A DNA stretch of 57,427 nt, filler included, from Sphacelaria rigidula (taxonomy: Eukaryota): the NCBI GenBank assembly GCA_964200075.2. It is 2 parts of 2 records of this genome, joined end to end, with 100 filler letters (N's around TTAATTAATTAA, not from the genome) between each part and the next. Parts side by side here need not be neighbours in the genome. Positions count along the whole stretch, not along the records: positions 1 to 28,704 come from CAXNAA020000095.1; positions 28,805 to 57,427 come from CAXNAA020000096.1. One strand, 5' to 3'. The position numbers were made by a program, and so were the translations under genes. The notes under the pieces are model-generated. The model saw nothing but the letters and a program-made list of their open reading frames with translations. It did not search any database and was not told where the DNA came from. Below are positions 24,085 through 36,489 of the stretch, piece after piece (position 1 is the first letter of the stretch; every line of letters starts with the position of its first letter).

Positions 24085-25858
24085 GTGTTGTCAACACGAA
24101 CGAGAGTTGGAGTGATTCTGAAACGCTTGCTGCTCGCCGACCTGTAGCTCAGCGGCCGCTTTGCCGGAAGAGCGTGGTGGAATATTCGCATTCGCCGCCG
24201 CAGCCCCCTTTTTCGTGCGTGTCGTTGCGGCAGGGTGGAGCTGTTCTTGTGTGACCATGGTGATGCCTGCGCCAGAGTTATGTTTCAACTGAGTCCTTGG
24301 TGGAAAAAGCAGTTCGCGCAAGTGTGTGTTTTTGTTGTTGTAGCGGGTATGAACGCTGTGATGCCTGTCCTGTTGATTGGCACACGTACAGTGTACTGCA
24401 AAATATTCATGCGTCAGGTGCTGCTTTGCTGTGAGTTCTGTATCAGCACCCTGGCCTCTATGTTCGCTGCGAACAAATCCTGTATCGCAAATGGAACAAC
24501 CGACTTATCGAGGTTGTCACATGTTCGTGAGAAAACGTATAGCTTGTGCACTTTCCAGCTCCCAACACTCGGCAGATTAAACATGTGAGTTGAGGGTGTC
24601 GGACGGCTCAGCGAAGAGTGTAGTTGTGGTATCGTGGGTCAGAGGGGCCGGCATGTACAGTAGACTTTCGGTGTGAGTGGCAAGTGAGTACGGGAAAAAA
24701 TATAAATGATTCGTCACCAGGTCGATAGCAGCTGAGACAGTACTTGCGCGGCTGGAAGGGGGTATGTCATCCGTTCAACACCCCTCGTTGCTGCTACCCC
24801 GCTCTCCTCTTGCTGTCTCTGGTCCTTGTTGGGGCAACAACAGCAGTTGATCGACTTTCATTGATTTCAACATTCGTGCTATACTTGTATCGGTGCTACA
24901 GCCCGTGAGTAGGGCCTGGACGGGGTCGCACGTTTTTTGCCTCTGGTGGAACCAGCCTGTAAAAGACTGAACCAATGCGAAGAAAAATCGAGTTAGGTCT
25001 GCCACTCCCTGAATCGAGAAGCAAAGTTGGAGCTTCATGCTGAGATCTTAGAACTAGATGAGTGACCGCAACACCCTCAAGTCGCAGGATAGTAATCGTG
25101 CGCGTTTATGAGTTCAATCATGAAGACATGGGTTGAATCCAGTATGATGCGGTGCCAATGAACGGTATTGGCGTGCTGTTCTGGTATGTTGGGTTTATGT
25201 TTTCTTGATTGAGCATGTCCACGGCGCTCGTAGACGTGAAATTGGGTTGCCGATGTAGAGATCCGAGCAAATCGGCTGTGTTGGACTCATTTTCATGGGG
25301 TCGAATCTCGATTCTGTTTCGATTTTCTGCATGAAAAATGGTGTTGCCTTGGGCGTTTTTCGTCTCACATAGTTTTTTTGTGTCAGCAAATCTGTGACAG
25401 AAAACCTCGTATTTTTCAGAACTTTGGTTCCAACGCAGTCGTACATCGATGAGTCAACTCATGATTATCCTCGTGCTGGTGGTGTGTGTCTACATATCTC
25501 CATGCACTCGTACTGTAAGTTGTACAGTGACGCGGTGTAGCGTACGGAGTATCGCTGCGCAGCAAGTTAGTTACCAACTGTCGCTACGAGTATACCTGCG
25601 TTTCTCTGTATGTGTCGGCCGATACATGTGTGTACAGGGTACAGGATATACAAGAGGACAATCAGTAGACCTCTCACTACAAGCCAGTTATTTGTACGTT
25701 TCGTGGTGCTACAGATATGTCTACTCGCTAGCAGCCAAAGACAAAATAATCCACAGGTCGGACGAGTCACTATTCGTTCAAACGAGTGCACTCGTGGATG
25801 TTTCTCGAAACATTACGAGCATGATTCGTGCACTCGAGTCATTACTTTTTTTTGACAA

Positions 25859-26100
25859 CGAGCAATGACTCGAGTGCTCGTCCCATTCATTTGTTCCCAC
25901 AGCGAGCAGTGACTCGAGTACTCGCCCCTTTCATTTGTTTCCACAACGAGCAGTGACTCGAGTACTCGCCCTTTTCGTTTGTTTCCACAGCGAGCAGTGA
26001 CTCGAGTACTCGCCCTATTCGTTTGTTTCCACAACGAGCAATGACTCGAGTGCTCGCCCTATTCATTTGTTTCCACAATGAGCAATGACTCGAGTGCTCA
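25859..26100. repeat. 44-bp minisatellite, 5.5 copies
   Basis: CGAGCA(A/G)TGACTCGAGT(A/G)CTCGCCCT(A/T)TTC(A/G)TTTGTTTCCACA(A/G), starting at 25859, 25903, 25947, 25991, 26035 and 26079. Confidence 0.95.
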
Positions 26101-26610
26101 TGCGCACGTCATTCACTGTTCACGTGGTATGACGCGTTTATTTCTCGTTTGCTCGAGTCATCTATTTCTTCATCACGAGGAATGACTCGCTTGCTTGCGT
26201 CTTTTCTGGACAACCCAAGGACCAATCATCAATCACTGAAGTGATGGGCGAGTAAGGTGCGAGACATGGTGGGAGCCTGGTCAAACAACGGTAGGATTTG
26301 GTAATATTGTACCACTACAAATCGTACTAACCCCTTTTGATGGTATGATTGTGGCACTCTTCCCCATCACAGTGTGTTTGCGGCAGGTGTCTGTTTTATT
26401 TTCAAGTAAAATGACCAATAAGGCCCTTCTTGCAGCATCACTTTTACGAAAAAATAACACAAGTGAACACCTATCGCAAACACACGATCGTGGGGAAAAG
26501 GGTGTGTTGTGTGTGTTGTCGTCCCCTTCATGCTGGGCGCCAGTCTTCCCCTTTCGGGATATGTGGGCGCATCAGCCGGAATCACACAGGAGGAAGGTCA
26601 ACACAAGAGC

Positions 26611-26856
26611 TTTTTTTTTTTTTTCAGTACCCCACCTTCCTCCTGCGGTGCTTCCCTCCTTATTCTCGCGAGAGGGGTTCAGCAGTTCCTTCCCTCGTCG
26701 ACGGTAAAGACGTATTCTGTGTACCCACGACATAATCGCTCTCCACTGCTAGGCATGGTATAAGAAAACATCCCAGATCGCTTCGGGAATCGAACCCCAC
26801 AACTCAACCATAAGAAGGCTACGAGGTCACCAGCTGAGCCACCGGGGCGACCGGCT
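26611..26856 (-). mobile_element. tRNA-derived SINE (family S2) with poly(A) tail
   Basis: Minus strand has A-box TGGCTCAGCTGG (26841-26830), B-box GGTTCGATTCC (26796-26786), a ~160-bp body and an A14 tail (T run at 26611-26624). Confidence 0.8.
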
Positions 26857-27008
26857 CTCACAAGGGGAATACGTACCCCTTTTCAAATAGATCATTGGTC
26901 TGCAAGAGAAATGGGGGCGCACAGACGTACCTGGACTAGACAACCGTGGCTCCGTCCACCACAAAACCATTCAGTAAAATAACCACCGACGGATATCTGT
27001 CAAGGTGC

Positions 27009-28318
27009 CTATGCCTTGGCTTCTTCTACCCCCGTCTCGGCCCCTGGGGTGTCCGCCCCTGACGGAACTACATCTCTCTCGTCTTCGGCTCCAGCGATGA
27101 TAGTAACATCCAAATCGTCAAGTTGCGCCAGTCGCGCAGGCAAGTACTTGAACACCTGTGTCTGCGGGATTTCCGGGATGAAATTTGGGGTGCTTCCGTA
27201 ATTCAGGTTGAGATACATCAGTACCTCAGCGTACACAGCGTCCAAGCGAGAGCGCTGCGGGGAGAGCATATGTCCCGCACTGCTGAAGTCGCGCTCAATA
27301 GCGGCCGCTGTGGCAGGGTGGCCGAACACAGACCTCGCTACATGTGACAGCCAGCGGAACTCCTTGATGCCGTAGTCTCTCCACCATTTCAGCGCGTTCT
27401 AAAACGGCACCTGTGGTAGAGGTACGAATTGTGGGCATGCTGTGACGTGATCGCGGTTCAGTCGCCAATTATTGCAGTAATTCATTCATTGGCTTCCATA
27501 ATTAGCTGATTGGACCAACTCAGCCCGTACTCACAAGGAGATACGACCACGGACAGACGCCCGGGAGGGGAAGAGGGAAAGCGCCTTTAAATTGTATATG
27601 GCGCAGCAATTGCAGTGTTGCGCAACTACCACGCTGTTCTTGTACTAACGCACGAGTACCAAACTTGAACATCTAGCGGTGGGCGTCAAACCGTAGCGCA
27701 CCTCCTGAAGCCGAGCTATTTTCATGGCCATGTAAGCCTTCCACTCAGCCTCCACCTCGCCCTCCGGTGTGGCCGTTTCCGCGACCTCGTCTTCAGAATC
27801 GCTCGAATCGACCAAATGGTCGTACCTAGCAGCTTCTTCTTCGAGGCGTGCATCCCGGGCAGATGTGATCTTCGGGCGTTTCGACGCCGGCGCTGCAGGG
27901 CGCAAGTCAGCTTCCGGCCGGGTACCCTGCGTGTTGAGCCCCGCCGTGCGAGCGCCAACTGTTTTGGCGGCCGCGACCGCCTGTCGTTTGATCTCCTTGT
28001 ACACCCTCTGTTGCTTTGTGCACACATCGGCCTCACTTGTACCGTCCTTGTCACCTCGTCTTCTTCCCTCCTATTTCGTAAGGCGCATGTTGAACATGTA
28101 CTTCGACTTCTTCAATGGCGGGTACAGGGCAAGCGCCATGTCGACAACCACACACGTATCCTTCTCCCAGGAGGGCGTGTAGTACCGCGTGACAGAGACG
28201 TCCGCCAGCTTGGTACGAGTCTCGCGCACGGTGGGGTCAGGTTGTCATGCGCGATCTCAGCCGGGCGGGCTACATATTCCTTGTCCTCGAATGCAAAGAA
28301 ATCTGGGATGAGAGTCAC
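27009..28318 (-). pseudogene. hAT-family transposase pseudogene, C-terminal part (dimerisation domain), intron-containing
   Basis: Exons 28318-27702 and 27410-27009 with a GT-AG intron at 27701-27411. Motifs MALALYPPLK (LDPR-like) and LKWWRDYG..FRWLSHVARSVFGHPATAAAIERDFSSAGHMLSPQRSRL..VLMYLN, typical of the hAT C-terminal dimerisation domain. In-frame TAG at 27401-27399, another stop near 28072 and a frameshift near 28238. No 5' part is recognisable before the assembly gap. Confidence 0.85.
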
Positions 28319-28704
28319 CTGTTGGAACTCAAAGAACGAGGATCGTGAACCTCGCAGGCAGGTGCCCGGGTTGCTGTTGTAAAGAAGTGTAAGCTGCGTC
28401 CGCCGTTGAGATACGCATGATCACATTCAACACATTGCCAGATTATTCACTCAGACGACACACAATGACCCTCAGATAGCAAAAAAAAAAAAACTAGAGA
28501 TACCCAACCCGTCAAATGTTTTGTATGTACTTTGCGCACATCGTATTGTATTTGAATAATCTGGTTGATTCAAGGCTTGAAATCGCGATTTCTTGTCCGT
28601 GACGACACTTGCTACGATAGCCCCCCCCCCAAACCAGCTAAAAGTGTCACGAAAAAAATAGCCATACAGCGCCTGATGCTCGGGTTCAGGGTGCATGAAG
28701 CGCC

Positions 28705-28803
28705 NNNNNNNNNNNNNNNNNNNNNNNNNNNNNNNNNNNNNNNNNNNNTTAATTAATTAANNNNNNNNNNNNNNNNNNNNNNNNNNNNNNNNNNNNNNNN
28801 NNN
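28705..28803. other. Assembly gap with artificial six-frame-stop linker
   Basis: N run, TTAATTAATTAA (28749-28760), N run. The 12-mer gives stop codons in all six frames, which is typical of a scaffold-joining spacer. Confidence 0.95.
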
Positions 28804-31173
28804 NTGCTCAAAAGTTTGGGCACATGTTTTCTCGTTGATTAAACCCCATGTCTAGTCATTCCTATACCTAAGGGAGATAGCGTCCATACTGAAATCTCTA
28901 TGAAACTCCCGATCGATAAATTCAGCGGATGACGACGAATTTTGATGTTGACATTCCCTGGAGCACGGGGAAACGATAGATACCCTCACCTTCACCTACT
29001 TCGTAATATATCTCGAGATATGGCGCACATAAGTTTCCATACTAAAATCAGTATATTAAGAGCAGATGCGCTAGATCAGCTGAACCTGGATATCGCGTCT
29101 CAGTTTTCGAGAGTTATGCTATGAAATTTCGTATGGAGAACCGCTAGTGCATAATAAAGCTGATGACACAGCTTTTTCATTTTTTTCATTTTTTTTTCAT
29201 TTTTTCCGGGTTTTGGGGGCAGTTTTGAGGAGAAATGAACACTGCTGTGTGCCTTATCTCAATTTTTTAGCTCAATTTTTAGAATTGTAATATGAAACTC
29301 AGGATAAACAACCACAGAGGTATGCAAAAACAAAAAAAACGGGCCCTGTTTTTTTTCTTTTCTTGGAGAGGTTCAGGCGTTCCCGTGAAAAGATGGTCTT
29401 TACCAGACTTGAACGCCCTAAACCAATGAAGAAAATAAAAAAAACGATTTCACCCACTTTTTTTTCATGAGTTAAGGGCAATAATCAGTTTTGAAATATC
29501 GGTAAAATGCCCCCAACTCATGGAAAAAAAAAAACTCGTGTGCGCTAGTAATTTTCTTTTTCATGCCCTACTCATTGTCCATACCAAATTTCAGGGTCCA
29601 ACTCCAAGTATTGGTCGTATAATCGGCCTGCAGACTGCAGAATCGCTTCTCGGCTGGCCCAGCTCGTAGAGTAGTTTCGTATTTGTTTAGTTTTGCTGGT
29701 TCTCCTCCGCTCGTTTTCTTCCCTTTCCTGCCCCTTCCTGTCCTGATTGGTCTTGATTTTTGTTTCTCCACTTTTTTTTTCTTTCGCGAGCGTTTCCGTC
29801 ATGTTCACCTTGGGTAGGTCCACGTTTGGACTATGTTTGAGTCCCTCGGGGGTCAGTTACTGGGAGATAACCAGCTGGAAGAACCAACGTATTTTGGTGC
29901 TTGGCTAGAGCGGGTGCACCCGTGTGACTGTAGAGTTGTGATTCAATCGCACATACTCAGGAACTCAATGCTACAAGTACGAAGAGTGTTTATTAGCTAA
30001 ATGTTACTGGCACTGCTCGTTCGGAACGCTGCAGCTCGAGAAAACTGATCCGAAACGAGGCTTGGTGTAGCACATGAGAGAGTGCTCCGGTGTTCCGAAG
30101 AAGGGATGTTACGCGGGTGTTTTGATATTTGGCATGACGGAAATGGTCGACCCGGTCGGGACGGAAATAAACATGAGATGATAGCACAAAGTGACCGTCA
30201 AGAAAAGTCTTACATGCCCATGTTTGAACCAGGTACAAACCCAACAAGAATATCCTTAACCCGGACGGCGAAAATGACAATCTGATATGCCATCTTTGAA
30301 CTGATTTTAGGAACGCGAGGACGTGAAAAAGCCACGTGTATCGATGGTTAGGAGGAGAGCCCTCGCATCTTGGGCTACTGTACAGTTTTCCCCTCGACTT
30401 CGTGACCGAACTGTGGCTGCTAGAAATGAACCCAAAGTAGTAGCTTTCAATGTATGTATGGTTTCCTTGTCGCGTTTCGAGCACTTTTCAATGTTGCATT
30501 TTCGTCATCTTGGACTCTGGGCTCGTCACTAGAGAGGGGCGGGGTTCAAAGCAACACGAAAGCAAGGGCCGTAACATGAGACAGGTTTAACTGTACACTG
30601 TGTGTGACTGGGGAACTTTTGAATCTGCTACATTACGTGGACCTGAGGACACGTACGTAACATTACATCTGTGAAACGGCCAGGAACGAGATCGAGACCA
30701 TCGCGCAGGAGCAAGAAATCGTGGCTGCTGCTTCCAACTCCGTGCTCGCCATTAAGGTCAGACGATGACTAGCGTTGGGGTCAGGTCTACCAACGAGAGT
30801 GACGCTCAGTATTAGTGACAGCGCAGTGTGTACAACAGCTGGTTGGAGTAACCGCGACCCTCACGGTTTGGCAAGGGGGGTGGATAATGACGACTAGGTC
30901 AAACGTTTAGCGTGTGAATCGTCTGAAATTTGCCTCCCCTCCCCTTATTGAGCACACACCCCTCCTCTAATTCCTCATGTTCGTCGTGCCTCACCATATC
31001 GTCTGGCAGAGCGCTTTGAGCTACAAGAAGCTTAGCGCGAGCATCAACAGCCTTTACAAAGCGGTCGTGACCAGCATCACAGCCAGCACGTTCAAGCGGG
31101 CGGGGCAGCTGACGCTTGCTCTCACATGTGGTGGTCTGATCAAGGTCAGCTTGATACTGCGCCCGGTTGAGCT

Positions 31174-33342
31174 CACACTCTGGACAATGGGCACTATAAT
31201 AGTCCATTGCTTCAGCAATAGACACGGGGGGAACCTATCGATACATATTGTCGAACATGATCGATGGTGAAACACATATATTGATATGTATTGCAAGGGG
31301 CAATAGATGTTGCATTAGTCGAGCGGTAGCGCATAATGGCAGCACCACATGCCAGTACTACAATCGGTAGACTGTACCTGTATCTTGTTGTGGTATTCCC
31401 TTGTACTGGGCCAGGTCATACTTTGTACAAGGACTAACTGTGCGCTGCTTGCACCATAGCGGCGCCATGAAGTGTCGGATCATGCACAAGTGTACATGCG
31501 TGGTGTAGAGATTCCACGTCGTGTTTCCCGTGAGAATCGGTGCTTCCGAGTGTCGAGTATGCACTCAACCCACACAATTACATCGTCTCTCGCAGGAGCG
31601 TTATCGTCAATCTCTTGTGCAAACCGTAGCCCTATCCTCAGCTCGAGCCCTAACCTCAAGAAGAAGCACCAATATTCTGTGCACGCGGTAGACTCCATCT
31701 GCTGCCACGTCGCTCTCTCATCAGATCCGCTGTTTCCGCGTGGGCCCCTGGTCATGGTGATGCCAGCATCTACACCTTGCCAAAGGCCGCTGTCAAATGA
31801 GTAAGGCATGGAAAGTTACATTAGATACGGATCACTCGCCATCGATGAAAATCGTGTACCGCAATAGGTTCTGGGATCTATATATCGATAGTCATCGCCG
31901 TAATCAAAAGGTTTGGTGAGCCATCCATCGATAGTCATTGCCTTTATCAATAGATTTGGTGAGCCATCCATCAACACCAATTGCCGTCATGAAGGGATTT
32001 GGTGAGCCGTCTATCGGTAGCCTCTGCCGCCAACAGTACATTATTGGGTATCCATCAATATGGCCATTGCCGTCAACAATCAGTTGTTGTCGGTAGCACC
32101 TATCGATAGCCAGTGACGCCAACGATAGGTTTGAAAAATATATTGCTCACTCTAGTGGTTTTAAGACATCAACGGCAGTGTCCCTCACACATGAAAACGC
32201 AACTACCTGAGGCGATAGCTGGCCACAGCTTCGCTGGAATAAGGTGAAACATACATGCAAAAATGTGCATACATAGCGCTAGTGATCGACGCCATTCAGC
32301 TACTTTTGCGGTAAGCAATAGATATTGGTGGCCGCGTTTCAGATTCTACTGACCCTCAATAGATATTGGTGGGCGCAATTTAGATCCTATTGTGACCAAT
32401 TATATGTATTAGTGGCCGCGTGGCAGAACCTATTGTGATGAGCAATATACATTAGTGACCGCAATCCAGAGCCTATTGCAACAAATTTAATGTATCGATA
32501 GACAACTTGACCCCTCCATTGTTACGGCAATGATACATTCTATCCCTTGTCCCGAATCTATTGTCGCCCACAATAGCTATCGACAGACATGGATGCCAGT
32601 CGATCATAACCGACATTGAACATTGGCAGTCAAATTTTCGGGGCTAGTGCAGCGCCAATGTTTTATGGCGCAGTCTTTTGTCCAGGGTATAAGCACACCT
32701 TACCCACACACAAAAGTATTGTAAGCGCCCACGTCCATCAGAGGAACAGTCATATGTACCAACACCACATCAACAACAAAAGTTGTGAACTTTTGTCCAC
32801 ACGTATTGCGGATTGCTACAAAATACACGCGTTTCAAAATTGTAGAAACGTGATGTCATATAGTCACAAGTAGTATCATCATATTCCCACTGCATGTCCA
32901 CCTGCGGCTTCTCTACCGTACTTCACGGAGTATGATATGCCCTATATGTAGTATGTTGCGATGTAGGTGTGGCAATAGACGATAGAGAGTATCTATCGGT
33001 AGGTATTGTATACCACAGTAGATTATGGTATGTATCTATCGACATTCATTACTGACTTGCATGGATTTTGTACGCAACGTATCACTAGCGATTGCCGCCA
33101 TCAATAGATTTGGCACGCGGTCTATCGATAGCCATTGCCGTCATCGATAAATTTCGGCGTAGGGTCACAACAAACTGCTACCCGGAAAAAAATGCGGGAA
33201 ACTGGTCTATCGATAGACATTGTCAACAACAACATAAAAGAGAAAGTTGCCGATCAAAGGCCAGTACGGACGACAACATTGGCACCTACTGCAGCAGATT
33301 CTATTGCTATTGCAATAGATGCCCTCTTTTCTCCAGGGTGTG
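31174..33342 (-). mobile_element. Non-autonomous hAT-like element (family 2) carrying a captured host intron/exon fragment
   Basis: Termini CACACTCTGGACAAT (31174) and TCTCCAGGGTGTG (ends 33342). Flanks GTTGAGCT / GTCGAGCT (7/8 match, 8-bp TSD). CTATCGATAG-type motifs. Internal TIR-like TTGTCCAGGGTATAAGCA at ~32678. Segment 31337-31809 is homologous to 33752-34223. Confidence 0.8.
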
Positions 33343-34223
33343 GTCGAGCTTGATGCTCTCTCAAGCTGTGTATCGCGGTATACCATCACTCGTTCCCAGT
33401 GGTGTACGGCAGCTAACAGGGTCTGAAGATCGTCCTCAAAGTGTACCGTATTTGAAACACGACGTTCTGTGTCCGCGTTTGTCACGTCTTGAAGATCTCT
33501 GTTCTAACGCTTTTTCGCTCTTGTTCATATGCCACCTCGTCATGCTGTATTGCTCTTACAGAGAACACTGATAGACTTGCTGGGCCCCATCATCGATCCT
33601 ATCGGATATCAGCTGGAGTTGGAGACGTACGTGGCCAACGTACTGCGCGGGCCGGCCAATTTTTACATTTCAGTCATTGGCTTTTTGGTGTCTGCCGCCA
33701 TGTTCTTCCACTTTTTCGTCGATCCGCATAAGGCACTGATGGTGAGCATATTGGCAGCACCACATGCCAGTACTACAATCGGTAGACTGTACCTGTATCT
33801 CGTTGTGGTATTCCCTTGTACTGGGCCAGGTCACGCTTCGTAGAAGAACTAATTGTGCGCTGATTGCACCATAGCGGCGCAATGAAGTGTCTGACCATGC
33901 ACTAGTGTACATACGTGGTGTAGAGATTCCACGTCGCGTTCCCCGTGAGAATCGGTGCTTCCGAGTGTCGAGTATACGCTCAACCCACACCCTAACATCG
34001 TCGCTCGTAGGAGCTTTACCGTCAGTCTCTTGTGCAAACCGTAGCCCTATCCTCAGCTCGAGCCCTAACCTCAAGAAGAACCACCAATACTCTGTGCACG
34101 CGGTAGACTCCATCTGCTGCCACCTCGCTCTCTTCTCTGATCCGTTGTTGCCGTGTGGGCCGCGGGTCATGGTGATGCCAGCATCTACACCTTGCCAACG
34201 GCCGCTGTCAAATGAGTGAGGCA
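31337..34223 (+). repeat. ~470-bp direct repeat pair (31337-31809 and 33752-34223)
   Basis: Colinear from TGGCAGCACCACATGCCAGTAC to GCTGTCAAATGAGT(A/G)AGGCA, roughly 85-90% identical by eye. Confidence 0.95.
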
Positions 34224-36489
34224 CAATGGAAAAGCAGACTGACACATGTGGCTCAACGTTTGCGATCCAACGTGTGCCTCGCTGGTTGTCCAGGTAACGT
34301 TCGTCCTGCTGGGTGCACGTGTGATGACTGATTATGTGGTTGCTGCGCTGAACCCCTTTCGACGGTGAGATACGAATCGATCTTTCCCTTACTCATAAAG
34401 CGAGAAGCGGCACCGGTCGTGTTCCTTTTCCTACTTTTTACCCAAGCTAGATTTAAGCGCTAACCGTTGGGTTCGTACGAGTACTCGCTCAAAACTGTTC
34501 CGCATGCATACATGCCCGTGTCCCTTCATCCCAGAGGTAACCGTGCTAGTAGTCGTTGCACAGCCTAAACCATGCCTCTGCGTGACTGTGAAATGGTGTA
34601 CTTCGAAATGCACACTTTCCACGCTCCGGCGGCAAGGATCTGTACAGATGCTCGTCCTCGAAAAATGCACACTGTTGACCCGCGATCGATCGGGCAGATA
34701 AGGGGAAGTGACTGGTGAGAACAACACATGCTCAGATACAATACTGCATCGTTGACGGGGTACCTGTTGTCGTTGACTACTGATGCTGGCATCCTTTTCC
34801 TCAAACAAGTCAAACTTAAGAAAAACATTGTGGTACCCTGTATAATTGCTGCTATTTCACCTCTTGTCATGGTAAGGGCCTCAGAGGCAAAACGGTTATA
34901 CTACATCGCCTTATGATACAGTCATCGTTTCCGGTCACGCCCATGACTTTATACTGTATACACCTATGCAGTAGCGGGGTGTATGTATCATGTGTGCATG
35001 TAAGGCTACTTATTGAGTTTGGGCTAGGGCCAGGGCCAGGGTCAGGGTCAGGACTGGGGTCAGTTGTAGAGTTTCCCCCCGGTACGGCACAGATTAGCGA
35101 TATATGACTATATACTTGGGTTTTGTCTGGACTATCATCTTTGGATGTTTGCACGACTCACAGTCCGAAGCGCTCGCCAAGCTGCACCCAAAATCATGAA
35201 TACACCTCACCTGAGGGTAGCCGGTCTGCCTCGGTTTGCCTGGGGTTGGGGTTTAGATTAGGGTTACAGGCTGACCCCCTACTGGATGAGCTAGCGAGAA
35301 AGGGAGAGCGTCTGCCCCTCAACCGGCGGTTGCAACTGCTGAAAACCGGGCGCAGACACACGGCTAAGAGCACATTGGATGTTAGCCAGGGTTCTTGGGG
35401 TGAATCATTTGATTTTGGTGTAGGAAAGTAGTGCTCACCACTAGCCTCTTCTGAGACCTCCAGGACGGCCGGTGATCCTACACAGCGTTACATACGAGCC
35501 CACATAGATTCGCATATATTTTGCACAACGAAAGCATCCCGTATACTTGTACCAGCGAGTGTAAGGGCTTGCAAGCACGCAAAGAGCAGCTGACACAGCA
35601 ACGAATTCCTTGATGTAGTACACCTTTAACCCCGAGCAGCCGGTGGTGGCAGCATATGCAATGGGTGGCTTGGTGGCCATATGCCTCTGTAACGGTTGCA
35701 AGTAACTGCCCTTGGCGCACGCAAGAACCATACATCTCTGCCCCTCTCTGGACGTACTGTTTTTAAAAAAAGCCAAGCAAGCGGCAGATCCCTTGATGGT
35801 CGTGTATGCCCATCATCGATGAACCGGTTGTTCCCTACTCGGGCCATCCGGGCTTGTTTTGCCAATACATGGCAATTGCGATAGGCACTGTGGCGACAGA
35901 CGAACTCGTGCTTGTCGTGGATCACGTTGTAATATCACACCCATCGTCGCTCCCACACTAGCATGCGTCATGTTGGCAGCCAAGTCGAGCCGTATGAGGT
36001 GGTGGCGGAGGCTTACTTTCTTGAAGAAATGCCCTGCCCTCTGGTCGCACTGTTTTGTGCCGGTGATTTCTCATGACATGGCTATAGACCAGCTAACGAC
36101 CACCGTCCAACAGAGTTCTTAGTTCGTAGTAGGCCGCGGTTGCCAAAGCGTTAAAAGGGTTAGAACTGTCGATTGGCACATTTTCTCAAAATTCCAGGTC
36201 CCGAGTCTCAAACCTTGGGAGAAAAATCCAGCATCGGGCTTTTTTTGTCTCAAGTAGTGGAACCATCCTGTAGCGTCATGGTTTTGGAAAAACGGGAACT
36301 GCATGAATCGTCGCTTATTGGCGCCGAAGTGGGGTAAACCCGCTTCAGGGATCGAGATGGGTAAGACCAATGTAAGCGTGCATAGTTGATGTGCTGCGTC
36401 CGTTGTCTGTACTTGGCCATCTTCCTCACTCCTCTCACCCGACAGGAACTTCGGAATGAAGAAAAAGCTAGACAACATGCCACTGTCCG

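Larger units (their letters stand above)
30311..34871 (+). pseudogene. Multi-exon gene or pseudogene of unknown function
   Basis: Consecutive AG|exon|GT blocks with open phase-0 frames: ...30661-30756 (HYICETARNEIE...LAIK|gtcaga, in-frame TAA just upstream), 31010-31144 (cag|SALSYKK...GLIK|gtcagc) and 33562-33741 (cag|RTLIDLLG...KALM|gtgagc). Also 34011-34215 (tag|...|gtgagg, apparent frameshift). Weaker candidate exons at 30311-30451 and ~34736-34871. No family recognised. Confidence 0.5.

Noticed and set aside
25859-26100. CRISPR array
   Set aside because: The inter-palindrome segments are near-identical rather than unique spacers, no cas genes are present, and the context is eukaryotic.
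26780-26856. Functional tRNA gene (also 13062-13156 and 49853-49930)
   Set aside because: A and B boxes are present, but I could not fold a canonical cloverleaf. The heads continue into a poly(A)-tailed or shared repeat body typical of SINEs.
28749-28760. TTAATTAATTAA palindrome as a biological site
   Set aside because: It is embedded in N runs and gives six-frame stops, so it is an assembly spacer. Linkage across this point should not be assumed.
33670-33750. Minus-strand KKWKNMAADTKKP as a Myb/SANT- or HMG-like helix
   Set aside because: It is followed by stops and is antisense to a better-supported plus-strand exon (33562-33741).
31337-34223. LTR pair of a retrotransposon (TG...CA-like ends)
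   Set aside because: No gag/pol, PBS or PPT seen. One copy lies inside and one outside a TSD-flanked hAT element, and the unit contains an exon with splice sites.
35019-35270. Interstitial telomeric repeats (also ~10735)
   Set aside because: Only a few degenerate hexamers (CAGGG/TTAGGG-like); more likely part of dispersed repeats.
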